The notes under the pieces: generated by a model | The model's database searches: none | What the model was told of the DNA's origin: nothing | Seen by the model: the letters and a program-made list of their open reading frames with translations, nothing else | Source of the DNA: Deltaproteobacteria bacterium UBA5329 | GTDB lineage: Bacteria; Desulfobacterota; Syntrophorhabdia; Syntrophorhabdales; Syntrophorhabdaceae | Assembly: GCA_002408185.1 (NCBI GenBank) | Contig: DHQV01000055.1 | Location: 68,332-132,331 of the forward strand | Direction: 5' to 3' | Length of the DNA stretch: 64,000 bases | In this document: positions 18,035 to 27,347 of the stretch, piece by piece | Numbering within the stretch: the stretch's first letter is position 1 | Layout of the letters: every line of letters begins with the position of its first letter | Made by a program: the position numbers and the translations under genes

Positions 18035-18802
18035 ATGATAAATGGGTTTGTTAAATTCTTTGGGACCGGCGGGGCCCGTTTTATGGCCCTGAAGCAGCTC
18101 CGCGCCACAGGCGGTCTCTGGCTGAACTACCGGAAGACGAACATATACATCGATCCCGGCCCTGGTGCAATTGTCCGCATCCGTGCATCCAGGGAAAATT
18201 ACGAGCCGGCCGGTCTCGATGGGATAATCCTTACCCATAAGCATATGGACCATGCCAACGACGTCAATATTCTGATCGAGACAATGACCGAAGGGGGATT
18301 CAAGAAACGCGGCACGCTTTTCTGCCCGGAGGACGCTATCTCCGAAGACCCGGTGGTATTGAGTTTTGCGAGAAATTACCTTGAAAATGTGGTTTTTCTC
18401 AAAGAAGGCTGTGAGTATACCCTGGGTGACGTTCGATTTCGGACCCCGGTAAGGCACCACCATCCCGTCGAGACATACGGCCTCTTTTTCGATCTCGGCA
18501 CGACCATCGGTCTTATTTCCGATACGAGGTTTTTCCCGGAACTTGCCGATCATTACCGCGCCGAAAACCTCATAATCAACGTGCTCCGATTAAAGCCGAT
18601 CGAAAACCATGAAATAATCGATCATCTTGCCATCAACGATGTCGAGGAGCTTCTCCGGGATATACACCCTGCCAACGCCATCCTCACGCACTTCGGTATG
18701 CACATCATCAAGAACAAACCCGGCCTGCTCGCCCGGAAATTATCAAAGGAAACCGGGGTAAATGTTATAGCTGGCAAAGATGGGATGAAGTGGGAATTCT
18801 AG
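18035..18802 (+). CDS. MBL-fold metallo-hydrolase
   Basis: HxHxDH motif (THKHMDHAND) and a later His/Asp ligand pattern. Confidence 0.75.
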   Translation: MINGFVKFFGTGGARFMALKQLRATGGLWLNYRKTNIYIDPGPGAIVRIRASRENYEPAGLDGIILTHKHMDHANDVNILIETMTEGGFKKRGTLFCPEDAISEDPVVLSFARNYLENVVFLKEGCEYTLGDVRFRTPVRHHHPVETYGLFFDLGTTIGLISDTRFFPELADHYRAENLIINVLRLKPIENHEIIDHLAINDVEELLRDIHPANAILTHFGMHIIKNKPGLLARKLSKETGVNVIAGKDGMKWEF

Positions 18803-18807
18803 CTACA

Positions 18808-18854
18808 GCAAGGAGTAAGGCGTCAAAAAATGCTTTTACTTCCTTACTCCTTGC
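18808..18854. repeat. Perfect 13-bp inverted repeat between convergent genes
   Basis: GCAAGGAGTAAGG (18808-18820) and CCTTACTCCTTGC (18842-18854) with a 21-nt loop. The right arm lies in the last codons of the minus-strand kinase gene. No flanking U-run. Confidence 0.6.
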
Positions 18855-19747
18855 CACTCACTCTTCAGCGGGATCAAAAGCTTAAAGGTACTCCCCTCGC
18901 CCGGCTTGGTTTTCACGGTGATCGTGCCGCCGTTGGCTTCGAGAAGTCTTTTGCTCAAGGACAGGCCAAGCCCGGTACCTTCGCCTTTGGGTTTTGTAGT
19001 AAAAAAAGGCTCAAAGATCTTTTCAATAGTTTCATCATCGATGCCGATGCCTTCGTCTGTGACATCGATGAAGCCAAAAACGTCCTCGACGCCGGTCGAT
19101 ATCCTGACCGTGCCTCCGTGAGGCATGGCCTGAGCGGCATTATTGATGAGATTCACAAGCGCCTGCTGGATATGTATCCGGTCTATCACGACCTTTACCG
19201 GTCCACTGCTGCGAACGATATCGATGCTCACATTCTTGAACCTGGTCAGGTGATGTTCCATGAAAAGCAGTGTGTCATCAACCAGAGAGCCGAGTTCGGT
19301 CTCCTCCATCTTTGGCTCGTCCATCCGGGAAAAATCCAGAAGTTTCAAGAGGACGTTCGTCAGCCGCCCTGCTTCCTGATCGATAAAATGGGAATACCGC
19401 CTTGCTTTCTCGAGGTCGTTTGCTTTTGTTATCCTTTTTGCAAAGCCCTGGATCGAAATAAGGGGGTTCTTTATCTCGTGCGCTATCGAACCGGCCAATT
19501 CTCCAAGGGCTGATAGCTTGTTCGCCCTCACGAGTTGGGCCTCGAAACCTTTGATCCGTTCGTCCCTGTTCCTTAAGGCCTTCAGCTTTTCGTTCAGTGT
19601 TTGGTAAACATCATTGAGTTCCCTTATGTTTGATTCGAGAAGAACATTACGGGCCCTCGACAGGCTTTTTTCTTCTTCGAGAGCGATTTCAAGCTCCTGC
19701 ACCCGGCCGGGCTCGACACATTCAGTCTTTTTTTTCCGGGAAGCCAT
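18836..19747 (-). CDS. Cytoplasmic histidine kinase without a recognisable sensor domain
   Basis: Coiled-coil N-terminus, H-box HEIKNPLISIQGF, HATPase_c (GTGLGLSL). ATG at 19747 overlaps the stop of the upstream V4R gene (TGATG). No TM segments. Confidence 0.8.
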   Translation of the reverse strand: MASRKKKTECVEPGRVQELEIALEEEKSLSRARNVLLESNIRELNDVYQTLNEKLKALRNRDERIKGFEAQLVRANKLSALGELAGSIAHEIKNPLISIQGFAKRITKANDLEKARRYSHFIDQEAGRLTNVLLKLLDFSRMDEPKMEETELGSLVDDTLLFMEHHLTRFKNVSIDIVRSSGPVKVVIDRIHIQQALVNLINNAAQAMPHGGTVRISTGVEDVFGFIDVTDEGIGIDDETIEKIFEPFFTTKPKGEGTGLGLSLSKRLLEANGGTITVKTKPGEGSTFKLLIPLKSEWQGVRK

Positions 19748-20196
19748 CAGTACAGGAAAACCTCGAATTCGCAATATTCGTAGCCGGCGGTCCAACTTTT
19801 GGTTTGAGTGGATTTAGCTTTTTTCCCCAGAACGTTTTCGAGCAGACCAGCTATGATACCACTTTCCATGTCACAAAACATCTCTCCTGTATACGAAAAA
19901 CCCGCGCAGGTGATGCATTCGTAAAGCTTGACGTTAATGTGATCCTCGTCGACGGTCGTTATATGAGGGATACCGATCTTGAGTTCCAGTATCGTGTCGA
20001 CGAATTGTTCCATTGTGGAAGCGGGGAGCATGTTGCCAACACGCTTTCCCATCATGTAAAGGGTTGCGCCTGATGACTCGCCGAGAATACTTCGCATACC
20101 TATGATCCGCAATATTCTGAACAGGAGAAGCGGAACATCATCGCCCAGCCTGGGACGCAAAACGTTCTTGACATCTTCGACAGTGTATTCTTTCAT
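19747..20196 (-). CDS. V4R (4-vinyl reductase) domain protein
   Basis: Starts at MKEYTVEDVKNVL. C-terminal region YECITCAGFSYTGEMFCDMESGIIAGLLE is typical of V4R ligand-binding domains. The upstream 72 codons of the track ORF look non-coding. Confidence 0.65.
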   Translation of the reverse strand: MKEYTVEDVKNVLRPRLGDDVPLLLFRILRIIGMRSILGESSGATLYMMGKRVGNMLPASTMEQFVDTILELKIGIPHITTVDEDHINVKLYECITCAGFSYTGEMFCDMESGIIAGLLENVLGKKAKSTQTKSWTAGYEYCEFEVFLY

Positions 20197-20216
20197 GAGA
20201 GCTCCCGTTAATTCTT

Positions 20217-21011
20217 TTATGCCGGTCCGGCGGTTCCGTTCCCTTTTTTGATGACACCCGCCATTGCCTGATGAATGAGGCCATTCGAGGCAAGACATTC
20301 TCCATGATAAATGGTGAACGGCCCGCCCGACAAATTCGTAATACGGCCTCCGGCTTCTTCGAGAATAAGGGCCCCTGCCGCAAGGTCCCAGGGACTGAGG
20401 CGTAATTCCCAAAATCCGTCAAATCGGCCGCATGCCACATAACTCAAGTTCAGGGCGGCCGAACCGTCCCTGCGAACAGCCTGGGCTTGATGAAGAAAAT
20501 TGACGAAATGATTGATGTTATTGTTGGGGTTGGACGTGATGTCATATGGAAATCCCGTGCTGAGAAGTGCACGTTTCAAATTATTGACCCGGGATACGGT
20601 AATGCGCTCTCCATTGAGATATGCCCCTTTGCCGCCCGCCGCGAAAAATAACTCGTTCATGATCGGATTATATACGACACCCGCCATGACCCTGCCTTTT
20701 GCTTCATATGCGATAGAAGTGCAAAAAAAAGGATACCCGTGGGCATAGTTTGTCGTGCCGTCGACCGGATCTACGATCCACCTGTTCCTGTGCCCCTCAT
20801 AAATATTGTATTGTTCTTCGGCGATTATATCATCATCGGGAAAGCGTTCCCTGATCATCGATATGATCTTTTCCTGGCAGGCGATATCGACTTCCGTTAC
20901 GAGGTTTATCTCGCCCTTGTGGTGGATCACTATATCTTTGGATAGCGATTCCTTTTGAATGCGCCCGGATTCAAGAGCCATTTCAACCGCTGCCTGCAAG
21001 GGATCCATCAT
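20217..21011 (-). CDS. Inositol monophosphatase family protein (SuhB-like)
   Basis: Motifs WIVDPVDGTTNY and the WDLAAG region. Confidence 0.85.
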   Translation of the reverse strand: MMDPLQAAVEMALESGRIQKESLSKDIVIHHKGEINLVTEVDIACQEKIISMIRERFPDDDIIAEEQYNIYEGHRNRWIVDPVDGTTNYAHGYPFFCTSIAYEAKGRVMAGVVYNPIMNELFFAAGGKGAYLNGERITVSRVNNLKRALLSTGFPYDITSNPNNNINHFVNFLHQAQAVRRDGSAALNLSYVACGRFDGFWELRLSPWDLAAGALILEEAGGRITNLSGGPFTIYHGECLASNGLIHQAMAGVIKKGNGTAGPA

Positions 21012-21094
21012 ACATAATTCTAATCGATAATTTCTTTCTTTTGCAAGCTAACACTCGATTGACATGTCGATCGTTCTGGTCTATTATTACCCCA

Positions 21095-22066
21095 ATGGCG
21101 GAATTACGAAAGGACCCTCTCTCCGGAAATTGGGTCGTGGTTGGTTACGGTGGATCGAAATCGAGCGGTGCTGGAATTTGCCCGTTCTGTCCCGGCCATG
21201 AATCATCCACTCCCCCTACGATACGTCAATATACGGACGAACAGGGTAACTGGCTCGTCCGGTGTTTTTCTGCAACAAATCCGATCTTTATGATAGAGGT
21301 AGCTGAAGACAGAAGGGGTGAAGGCCTCTATGATAAGATGGGCAATGTCGGGGCCCATGAGATCATCGTCGAGAACAGGTCCCACTCCAGGACCATGTCC
21401 ATGTACACGAAGGAAGAACTCCAGTTGGTCCTTGACATGTACAGGGAGCGCCTGGTCGACCTCAAGGGAGACAGGCGTTTTAAACATGTCCAGGTATTCA
21501 AGAACCATGGTGAGCTTGCAGGTTCATATCTCTTGCATCCCCATTCACACGTGCTGGCCACACCTATCGTGCCTGCACGTGTTTCGCGCCAGGTGTTCTC
21601 TACCCGCCACCATTTTGTCCAGAAAGACCGGTGTCTTTTATGCGATATCCTGGACCAGGAAATACGCCAGAACAAAAGGCTTGTCAGCATGAACCGGAGC
21701 TTTGTGGCTATCTGCCCGTTTGCTTCGCGTTTCCCGTATGAAACGTGGATCGTGCCGAGATTTCATGAAGCGAATTACGAGAATACATCAAACCGGGCGG
21801 TGTGGGATAATCTTGCCGAGATGCTCCTTGATACAATGAAACGGATAGAGCAGTTTGCAAATGCCTATACGATCGAGATACACACATCACCCAACATGAC
21901 ATTTGCCGAATCGCATGGCGATGACATTCCGTGCAAGGAATATTATCATTGGCATATGGAAATTCTGCCCCGGGATTTCAGATCATCGAAATATAAAAGA
22001 GAAGATGAGTTCGCCGTGTTGTCTATAACGCCCGAACAGGCCGCCGAGGCGATGAAAGCCCAGTGA
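21095..22066 (+). CDS. Galactose-1-phosphate uridylyltransferase-like HIT-superfamily nucleotidyltransferase
   Basis: Starts at MAELRKDPLSGNWVVV. Zinc motif CPFCPGHE. Histidine triad-like HPHSHV. Confidence 0.7.
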   Translation: MAELRKDPLSGNWVVVGYGGSKSSGAGICPFCPGHESSTPPTIRQYTDEQGNWLVRCFSATNPIFMIEVAEDRRGEGLYDKMGNVGAHEIIVENRSHSRTMSMYTKEELQLVLDMYRERLVDLKGDRRFKHVQVFKNHGELAGSYLLHPHSHVLATPIVPARVSRQVFSTRHHFVQKDRCLLCDILDQEIRQNKRLVSMNRSFVAICPFASRFPYETWIVPRFHEANYENTSNRAVWDNLAEMLLDTMKRIEQFANAYTIEIHTSPNMTFAESHGDDIPCKEYYHWHMEILPRDFRSSKYKREDEFAVLSITPEQAAEAMKAQ

Positions 22067-22107
22067 TCCGGGCCAGTACTTTCTTCGAAAATAATCAGAG
22101 AAATATC

Positions 22108-22137
22108 TTGACAAGAATATCGCCGCTCAGGTAAAAA
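22108..22137 (+). promoter_or_regulatory. Putative sigma-70 promoter of nrdD
   Basis: TTGACA at 22108-22113 and an A/T-rich -10 candidate TAAAAA 18 nt downstream. Abuts the first NrdR-type box. Confidence 0.4.
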
Positions 22138-22184
22138 ATACTACATATAGTATGGATATCTAGTCAACATACTATATGTAGTAT
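22138..22184 (+). promoter_or_regulatory. Tandem NrdR-type operator boxes
   Basis: ATACTACATATAGTAT (22138-22153) and ATACTATATGTAGTAT (22169-22184) are exact reverse complements, 31 bp centre to centre. They lie directly upstream of the class III ribonucleotide reductase gene. Confidence 0.7.
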
Positions 22185-22276
22185 TTGGAGGGCAGTTTGC
22201 ATTACGGGAACAAGTGGCGGAATGTATTCTGTTTGACAAGGAAATGGAGAAACTCTTAATTCAAATAGGAGGCTGT

Positions 22277-24367
22277 ATGGAAACAACCGATCTGAACCTT
22301 TTTGTCAGGACGTCTGAGGAAAATATCTCCGGATGGAACCGCTCGAGAATAGTTGATGCGCTCATTCGGGAAACATTGATCGATCGGGACACGGCAGAAG
22401 AGATCAGCAAAGAGGTCGAGCAGATGATCAGGCGTTCCGGCATCGAGATGATCACCGCGCCTCTTATCAGAGAACTCGTCAATGCCCGGTTGATCGAAAA
22501 GGGGCTGGAAAGCGCCCGGAAGATGCATACCAGGCTGGGTATGCCTATCTACGATGTCGATAGTCTCATTCTTCATCCCAATAAAGAGAATGCCAATGTC
22601 CCTCATGGCCCGGAAGCTACGAATCTAACCCTCGCCGAGAACATCAAGAAGGAGTACGCGCTATTGTCGGTATTTTCCCAGGAGGTCGCCGATGCCCACA
22701 TGAACGGGGATATCCACCTGCATGACCTCGGTTTTGTTGACCGGCCATATTGCAGTGGCCAATCCCTTGAATATATTAAAAAATTTGGTCTTGACCTGCC
22801 TCATTCCCTTTCCATGGCGAAACCCGCAAAACATGCGGAAGTATTGCTTGCCCACCTTGTCAAGTTCGCGGCCGCGCTTCAGAGCCATTTTGCCGGGGCA
22901 ATAGGATGGGATGCGATCAACATATTTTTTGCGCCTTATATCGAGGGCATGTCCGATAATGATGTAAAACAGCTGGCGCAGATGCTTATTTTCGAGTTTT
23001 CCCAGCAGGCTGTGGCGCGCGGAGGCCAGGCTATCTTTACGGATATCAACATCTACTGGGAAATACCGAAACATTTTGTCAATGTGCCGGCCATTGGCCC
23101 GAATGGAAAATTTACCGGTAAAACATACGGGGAATATGAAAAAGAGGCGCAAAGGTTTGCGTGGAAACTCTTTGAGGTCTACAAGGAAGGCGATGGCGCC
23201 GGACGGCCGTTCTTCTTCCCGAAGCCGATCGTCCATATCACCGAGAAATTTTTCCATACCGACGGTCACATGGATTTTCTGTATCATATTTCGGATGTTG
23301 CCTCGGATAAGGGTAACACGTATTATGTTTTTGATCGTGGCGAGACGGCAAAAATATCGGAATGCTGCCGTCTGAGCTTCAAACTTGAGGAGGCAGACCT
23401 TCTCGATGCAAAGGAACCCTGGAGAATGCGTTACTGTGCTCTTCAGAATGTTTCATTGAACCTCCCGAGGCTCGCGTACCTGGCAAAAAATGACGATACG
23501 AAGCTTATGAACCTCATCACCGACCGGTTTGTTATTGCAGTAAAGGCCCACAAGGAAAAAAGGGTTTTTATGGAGAAACTTCTTGCCCTTGGCGAGAATG
23601 GCCCGCTCGCGCTGTTGACGATGAATCGCGACGGGATGCCGTATCTGAGGTTTAACCTCGCATCTCACCTCATCGGCATGGTGGGCCTCAACGAGATGGT
23701 CCAGATACATACCGGGGAGGAGATGCACGCTTCAAAACGCGCCCTGAAATTCGGTCTTAAGGTTATCGCACACATGAAACTCCTGACCGATAAGATGCGT
23801 CGCCAGGAAAACATGAAGATCGTTCTCGAGCAGACCCCCGCAGAGAGTACGAGCTACCGTTTTGCCCGTCTCGACCTGCGGTATTTTTCTCCTCATGCCG
23901 GAAGGGTCATGAAGGGCGATATCGCATCGGGTGAGGTTTATTACACGAACTCGACGCATCTCAATGTAAAGCATGCCATGAACCCGATCGAAAGGGTGAC
24001 CACCGAAGGGCTTTTCCACCCGCTTATTGAAGCGGGCTCGATATCTCATGTCTGGCTTGGTGAAGCCCAGCCCTCAAAAGAGGCGATTGCGGATTTCGTC
24101 ATCAAGACCTTTAAACACACGACCAATGACCAGATCGCCTTTTCGCCTGAATTCACGACATGCAACAAGTGCCACAGGACGGCCCGGGGCCTTGCGGACA
24201 CGTGTTCGTACTGTGGTTCTGCGGACGTCGACGGCATAACGAGGATAACAGGCTATTTCACGAAGGTCTCGAGCTGGAACAAGGGCAAGAGGGGCGAACT
24301 CAAGGACCGGTACAGGAACGTCGAGTTCTTTTCTCCGGAAAGCCCGAAAGCCGTAGCAAATGATTGA
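22277..24367 (+). CDS. nrdD: Anaerobic ribonucleoside-triphosphate reductase (class III)
   Basis: N-terminal ATP-cone, C-terminal zinc site CNKCH...CSYCG, and glycyl-radical motif RITGYFTKVSSWNKGK. ATG 22277 has TAGGAGG upstream. Confidence 0.92.
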   Translation: METTDLNLFVRTSEENISGWNRSRIVDALIRETLIDRDTAEEISKEVEQMIRRSGIEMITAPLIRELVNARLIEKGLESARKMHTRLGMPIYDVDSLILHPNKENANVPHGPEATNLTLAENIKKEYALLSVFSQEVADAHMNGDIHLHDLGFVDRPYCSGQSLEYIKKFGLDLPHSLSMAKPAKHAEVLLAHLVKFAAALQSHFAGAIGWDAINIFFAPYIEGMSDNDVKQLAQMLIFEFSQQAVARGGQAIFTDINIYWEIPKHFVNVPAIGPNGKFTGKTYGEYEKEAQRFAWKLFEVYKEGDGAGRPFFFPKPIVHITEKFFHTDGHMDFLYHISDVASDKGNTYYVFDRGETAKISECCRLSFKLEEADLLDAKEPWRMRYCALQNVSLNLPRLAYLAKNDDTKLMNLITDRFVIAVKAHKEKRVFMEKLLALGENGPLALLTMNRDGMPYLRFNLASHLIGMVGLNEMVQIHTGEEMHASKRALKFGLKVIAHMKLLTDKMRRQENMKIVLEQTPAESTSYRFARLDLRYFSPHAGRVMKGDIASGEVYYTNSTHLNVKHAMNPIERVTTEGLFHPLIEAGSISHVWLGEAQPSKEAIADFVIKTFKHTTNDQIAFSPEFTTCNKCHRTARGLADTCSYCGSADVDGITRITGYFTKVSSWNKGKRGELKDRYRNVEFFSPESPKAVAND

Positions 24368-24405
24368 AAAAGCAGTTAATTTATAAAACAAAGGGGTATA
24401 GGAAG

Positions 24406-24669
24406 ATGGGGATAGTAAAGATCTTTTACAAAGATGATTGCCCGATGTGCCCGGCAGCAAAGAAACTCAAAGACAATCTTCGGGATATGAACGTCCCCGT
24501 TGACGATTACAATGTTGGAACGACAGACGGTCTGGCCGAGGCCACATATTACCGCGTCATGGCGTTGCCTACCATTCTCGTGGAAGATGACGCGGAGAAT
24601 TCCGTCGGGGAATGGCGGGGGAATGTCCCTCATATCGACGAGGTGCTCAGTGCCGTCCAGGGCGCCTGA
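24406..24669 (+). CDS. Glutaredoxin/NrdH-like small redox protein
   Basis: MGIVKIFYKDDCPMCPAAKKL (CxxC in a thioredoxin-fold context). Located between nrdD and nrdG. Confidence 0.7.
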   Translation: MGIVKIFYKDDCPMCPAAKKLKDNLRDMNVPVDDYNVGTTDGLAEATYYRVMALPTILVEDDAENSVGEWRGNVPHIDEVLSAVQGA

Positions 24670-25411
24670 TTGCCCGGCTGTAAAAGGGTTCATAGAAACA
24701 AGCTTTGTCGACTGGAAGGGCCACATGTCATCTGTCCTCTTTCTCGGCGGCTGCAATTTCCGGTGCCCTTTCTGCCACAATCGTGACCTCGTTCTCGGTC
24801 CCGGCGGATTCGAAGATATCCCCCTCGAGTACGTGGTGGCGACGTTCAGGAAATACAAGCACTGGGTCGATAAGGTCGTGGTAACGGGCGGCGAACCGAC
24901 AATACACCAGGACCTTTTTGGGTTTATCGGGATTTTAAAGAACGAAGGTATGTCCATCAGGCTCGACACGAACGGTTCGAATCCCGCCGTGGTCAGGGGC
25001 CTTGTCAATGACGGGCTTATCGACTGCATAGCAATGGATGTCAAGGGCCCTCTCGATAGGTACCCGCGCTGGTGCGGCTGTGACGTCGACGTGGGAACGG
25101 TCCGGGAAAGTATTGAATTTATCATGGGGTCCGGCATCGATTACCATTTCAGGATGACGGTCGTCCCGTTCCTTCATCAGGAGCAGGATGTCTACACCGT
25201 GGCCGAGGAGCTTGCGGGTGCAAAGGACCTTGTCATCCAGACCTTCAGGCCGGACATAACCCTGAACCCCGCGTACGAGCACGTAAAACCGTTCAGTCCG
25301 GACAAAATGGACCAGATCAAGGGGAACGTAGCGGACATCATGTCGGGAAAGGGCCGGAAACAGGCCAAAAACCTGCATTTGGACGATTTGGACTCAAAAA
25401 ACCGGCTGTAG
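24623..25411 (+). CDS. nrdG: Anaerobic ribonucleotide reductase activating protein (radical SAM)
   Basis: GFIETSFVDWKG followed by the CNFRCPFCHN cluster. Start is uncertain: ATG 24623 or in-frame GTG 24650, and both overlap the upstream gene. Confidence 0.8.
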   Translation: MSLISTRCSVPSRAPDCPAVKGFIETSFVDWKGHMSSVLFLGGCNFRCPFCHNRDLVLGPGGFEDIPLEYVVATFRKYKHWVDKVVVTGGEPTIHQDLFGFIGILKNEGMSIRLDTNGSNPAVVRGLVNDGLIDCIAMDVKGPLDRYPRWCGCDVDVGTVRESIEFIMGSGIDYHFRMTVVPFLHQEQDVYTVAEELAGAKDLVIQTFRPDITLNPAYEHVKPFSPDKMDQIKGNVADIMSGKGRKQAKNLHLDDLDSKNRL

Positions 25412-25432
25412 GGGCGTGCCAGCAACAAAATT

Positions 25433-25460
25433 GTTTCAAGTTTCGGGTTTCAAGTTTCAG
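25433..25460 (+). repeat. Tandem 14-nt direct repeat
   Basis: GTTTCAAGTTTCGG followed by GTTTCAAGTTTCAG, in the convergent nrdG/rpoD intergenic region. Confidence 0.7.
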
Positions 25461-25555
25461 GCGAAAGAATCTTAAAGGCGGGTTTCACCCGCCGGCATTC
25501 CCAATTTTGTCATGTCTAGTTTCATGCAGCTGAAAAGATTGAGAAGAAAAACCTT

Positions 25556-25585
25556 GGATCCCGGCGTCAAGCGTCGGGGTGACGG
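25556..25585. repeat. GC-rich REP-like palindrome
   Basis: GGATCCCGGCGTCAAGCGTCGGGGTGACGG. Its reverse complement aligns with 40627-40664 (GTCAyCCCGrCGCTTGACG). Confidence 0.5.
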
Positions 25586-25695
25586 ACAGGGGGTTATAAC
25601 ACAGCCTCTAAGCCCGGATTGATGATTAGGGGCGGTCTCCGGCACCCAAGGGGTACCCGACCTGGACGACCGAGGGCGCGGGCAACCAGGTTAAT

Positions 25696-25727
25696 AAAAA
25701 AAGCCCGAGGGGATCGACCCACAGGCT
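25696..25727 (-). terminator. Intrinsic terminator downstream of rpoD
   Basis: Minus-strand RNA AGCCUGUGGG-UCGAUC-CCCUCGGGCU followed by UUUUUU. About 20 nt after the rpoD stop. Confidence 0.6.
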
Positions 25728-25749
25728 TTTGATTAACATTCGGGAAGTT

Positions 25750-27267
25750 CTATTCGAGAAAGCTTTCGAGTCTCTTCCGCCGGGAGGGATGTTTCAGTTT
25801 CCTTAGGGCTTTTGCCTCTATCTGGCGGATGCGTTCGCGGGTCAGGCCGAAGACCTCACCGACCTCTTCGAGGGTGTAATCGGTCTTCTCGCCTATGCCG
25901 AGCCTCATACGGATAACCTTTTCCTCTCGCGGGGTGAGGGTGGAAAGGACCTTGTCGATCTCTTCCTTGAGGGATATGCTGACCAGTTCGTTGAAAGGCG
26001 ACGGGGATTTCGGGTCTGCTATGAAGTCACCGAGCTTGGATTCATCGTCGCCGATGGGTGTCTCGATGGATATCGGTTCGTTGGAAACTTTCATTATCTT
26101 GCGGACCTTCTCGAGGGGAAGGCCTGCTTTCAATGATATCTCATCAAGGTTCGGCTCCCGCCCGAGTTCCTGAAAGAGCGAGATTGTGACTTTCGTGATC
26201 TTGTTCATTGTTTCGAGCACATGGACAGGGACCCTGATGGTACGGGCATAATCCGCGATCGCCCTCGTGATCGCCTGACGGATCCACCAGGTCGAATATG
26301 TCGAGAACTTGTAACCCTTCTGGTAATCGTATTTCTCGGCTGCCTTCATAAGGCCCATATTCCCTTCCTGGATGAGATCGAGGAAGGACAGGCCCCGGTT
26401 GAGGTACTTCTTGGCGATATTTATGACGAGCCGTAAATTGGCCTGAATAAGTCGGTTTTTTACTGTTTTGAGACCATTTTCGATCTCTCCGATCTCCATG
26501 AGTCTCTTTTTTACCTTCCGGGCTTCCTTGTCATCCATGAACTTTAGCTGTCTCTGGACCTTGCGGGTGATCTCTTCAAGCACTTTCTTGTTCAAATTAA
26601 GGTTAATAAGATTTTCTTCGGCTTTCTTTTCAAGCGCCTTGAGTTTTTTCTCGTTGAGCTTTCTGGTCGCTTCAGGCACCTTGATCGAATTCTTTCTCAG
26701 ATCTTCTTTTTTTTCATGCTGGTTCTTGATGCTGTTAATGAGGGAAACCGTCTTTTTTCTGTACTTGTCTTCATCCTTCTCGGTGTAGTTCAATTCATCG
26801 ATATTTTTCACGACATCGACGATATTGATGGCTTCCTTCTTGAGGAGGGATGCGATCTCCATCAGTTCCTGGATTGCATGAGGAAGATCGAAAAGCAGGT
26901 TGCGGATCATCCGCTCCCCATCCTCGATCCTCTTGGCTATCATGTACTCTTCCTCGGAATTAAGAAGAGATACGCGGCCAATATCCTTCAGATATGCCCA
27001 GATGATATTGTCGGTGCGCTCCGATGGGAAGCGTTCGGCTTCACCCCATTCCTGGGATTCTTGTTCGGGGGCGGCCTCTATCTTTTCCTTCATGGTGTCG
27101 ACGATATCTATGTTTGATTCGGTGAGAAAATCAAAGATATCCTCGATGTCTTCAGGGGAAAAGATATTCTGCGGAAGGTAATCGTTGATCTCGTCCGGGG
27201 TCAGGTAGCCTTTCTCGGTTCCGATATCGACGAGGTGCTGGATTTCACTATGATTTTTTATCGCCAT
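25750..27267 (-). CDS. rpoD: RNA polymerase primary sigma factor
   Basis: Regions 1.2, 2 ([19 protein letters not shown]), 3 and 4.2 ([20 protein letters not shown]). Acidic N-terminus. Confidence 0.95.
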   Translation of the reverse strand: MAIKNHSEIQHLVDIGTEKGYLTPDEINDYLPQNIFSPEDIEDIFDFLTESNIDIVDTMKEKIEAAPEQESQEWGEAERFPSERTDNIIWAYLKDIGRVSLLNSEEEYMIAKRIEDGERMIRNLLFDLPHAIQELMEIASLLKKEAINIVDVVKNIDELNYTEKDEDKYRKKTVSLINSIKNQHEKKEDLRKNSIKVPEATRKLNEKKLKALEKKAEENLINLNLNKKVLEEITRKVQRQLKFMDDKEARKVKKRLMEIGEIENGLKTVKNRLIQANLRLVINIAKKYLNRGLSFLDLIQEGNMGLMKAAEKYDYQKGYKFSTYSTWWIRQAITRAIADYARTIRVPVHVLETMNKITKVTISLFQELGREPNLDEISLKAGLPLEKVRKIMKVSNEPISIETPIGDDESKLGDFIADPKSPSPFNELVSISLKEEIDKVLSTLTPREEKVIRMRLGIGEKTDYTLEEVGEVFGLTRERIRQIEAKALRKLKHPSRRKRLESFLE

Positions 27268-27286
27268 TTATTCTCCGGACAGTAAA

Positions 27287-27318
27287 AAATGCCCTAAGTA
27301 GTTGGTTTTAGGGCATTT
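27287..27318 (-). terminator. Terminator-like hairpin inside the rpoD leader
   Basis: Minus-strand AAAUGCCCUAA-N10-UUAGGGCAUUU followed by UUU. It ends about 20 nt before the rpoD ATG and just before the GGAGAA RBS. Confidence 0.45.
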
Positions 27319-27347
27319 ACTGGAATTATTCACTCGTCTATTATTTA

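Noticed and set aside
25412-25749. tmRNA, SRP RNA, 6S RNA or a tRNA in the long nrdG/rpoD spacer.
   Set aside because: There is no tRNA-like 3' end (…GGTTCGAATCC…CCA), no SRP helix-8 motif (GGAAGCAGCC) and no tmRNA 5' GGGG…TTCGAC signature. The region is kept only as an unexplained structured spacer.
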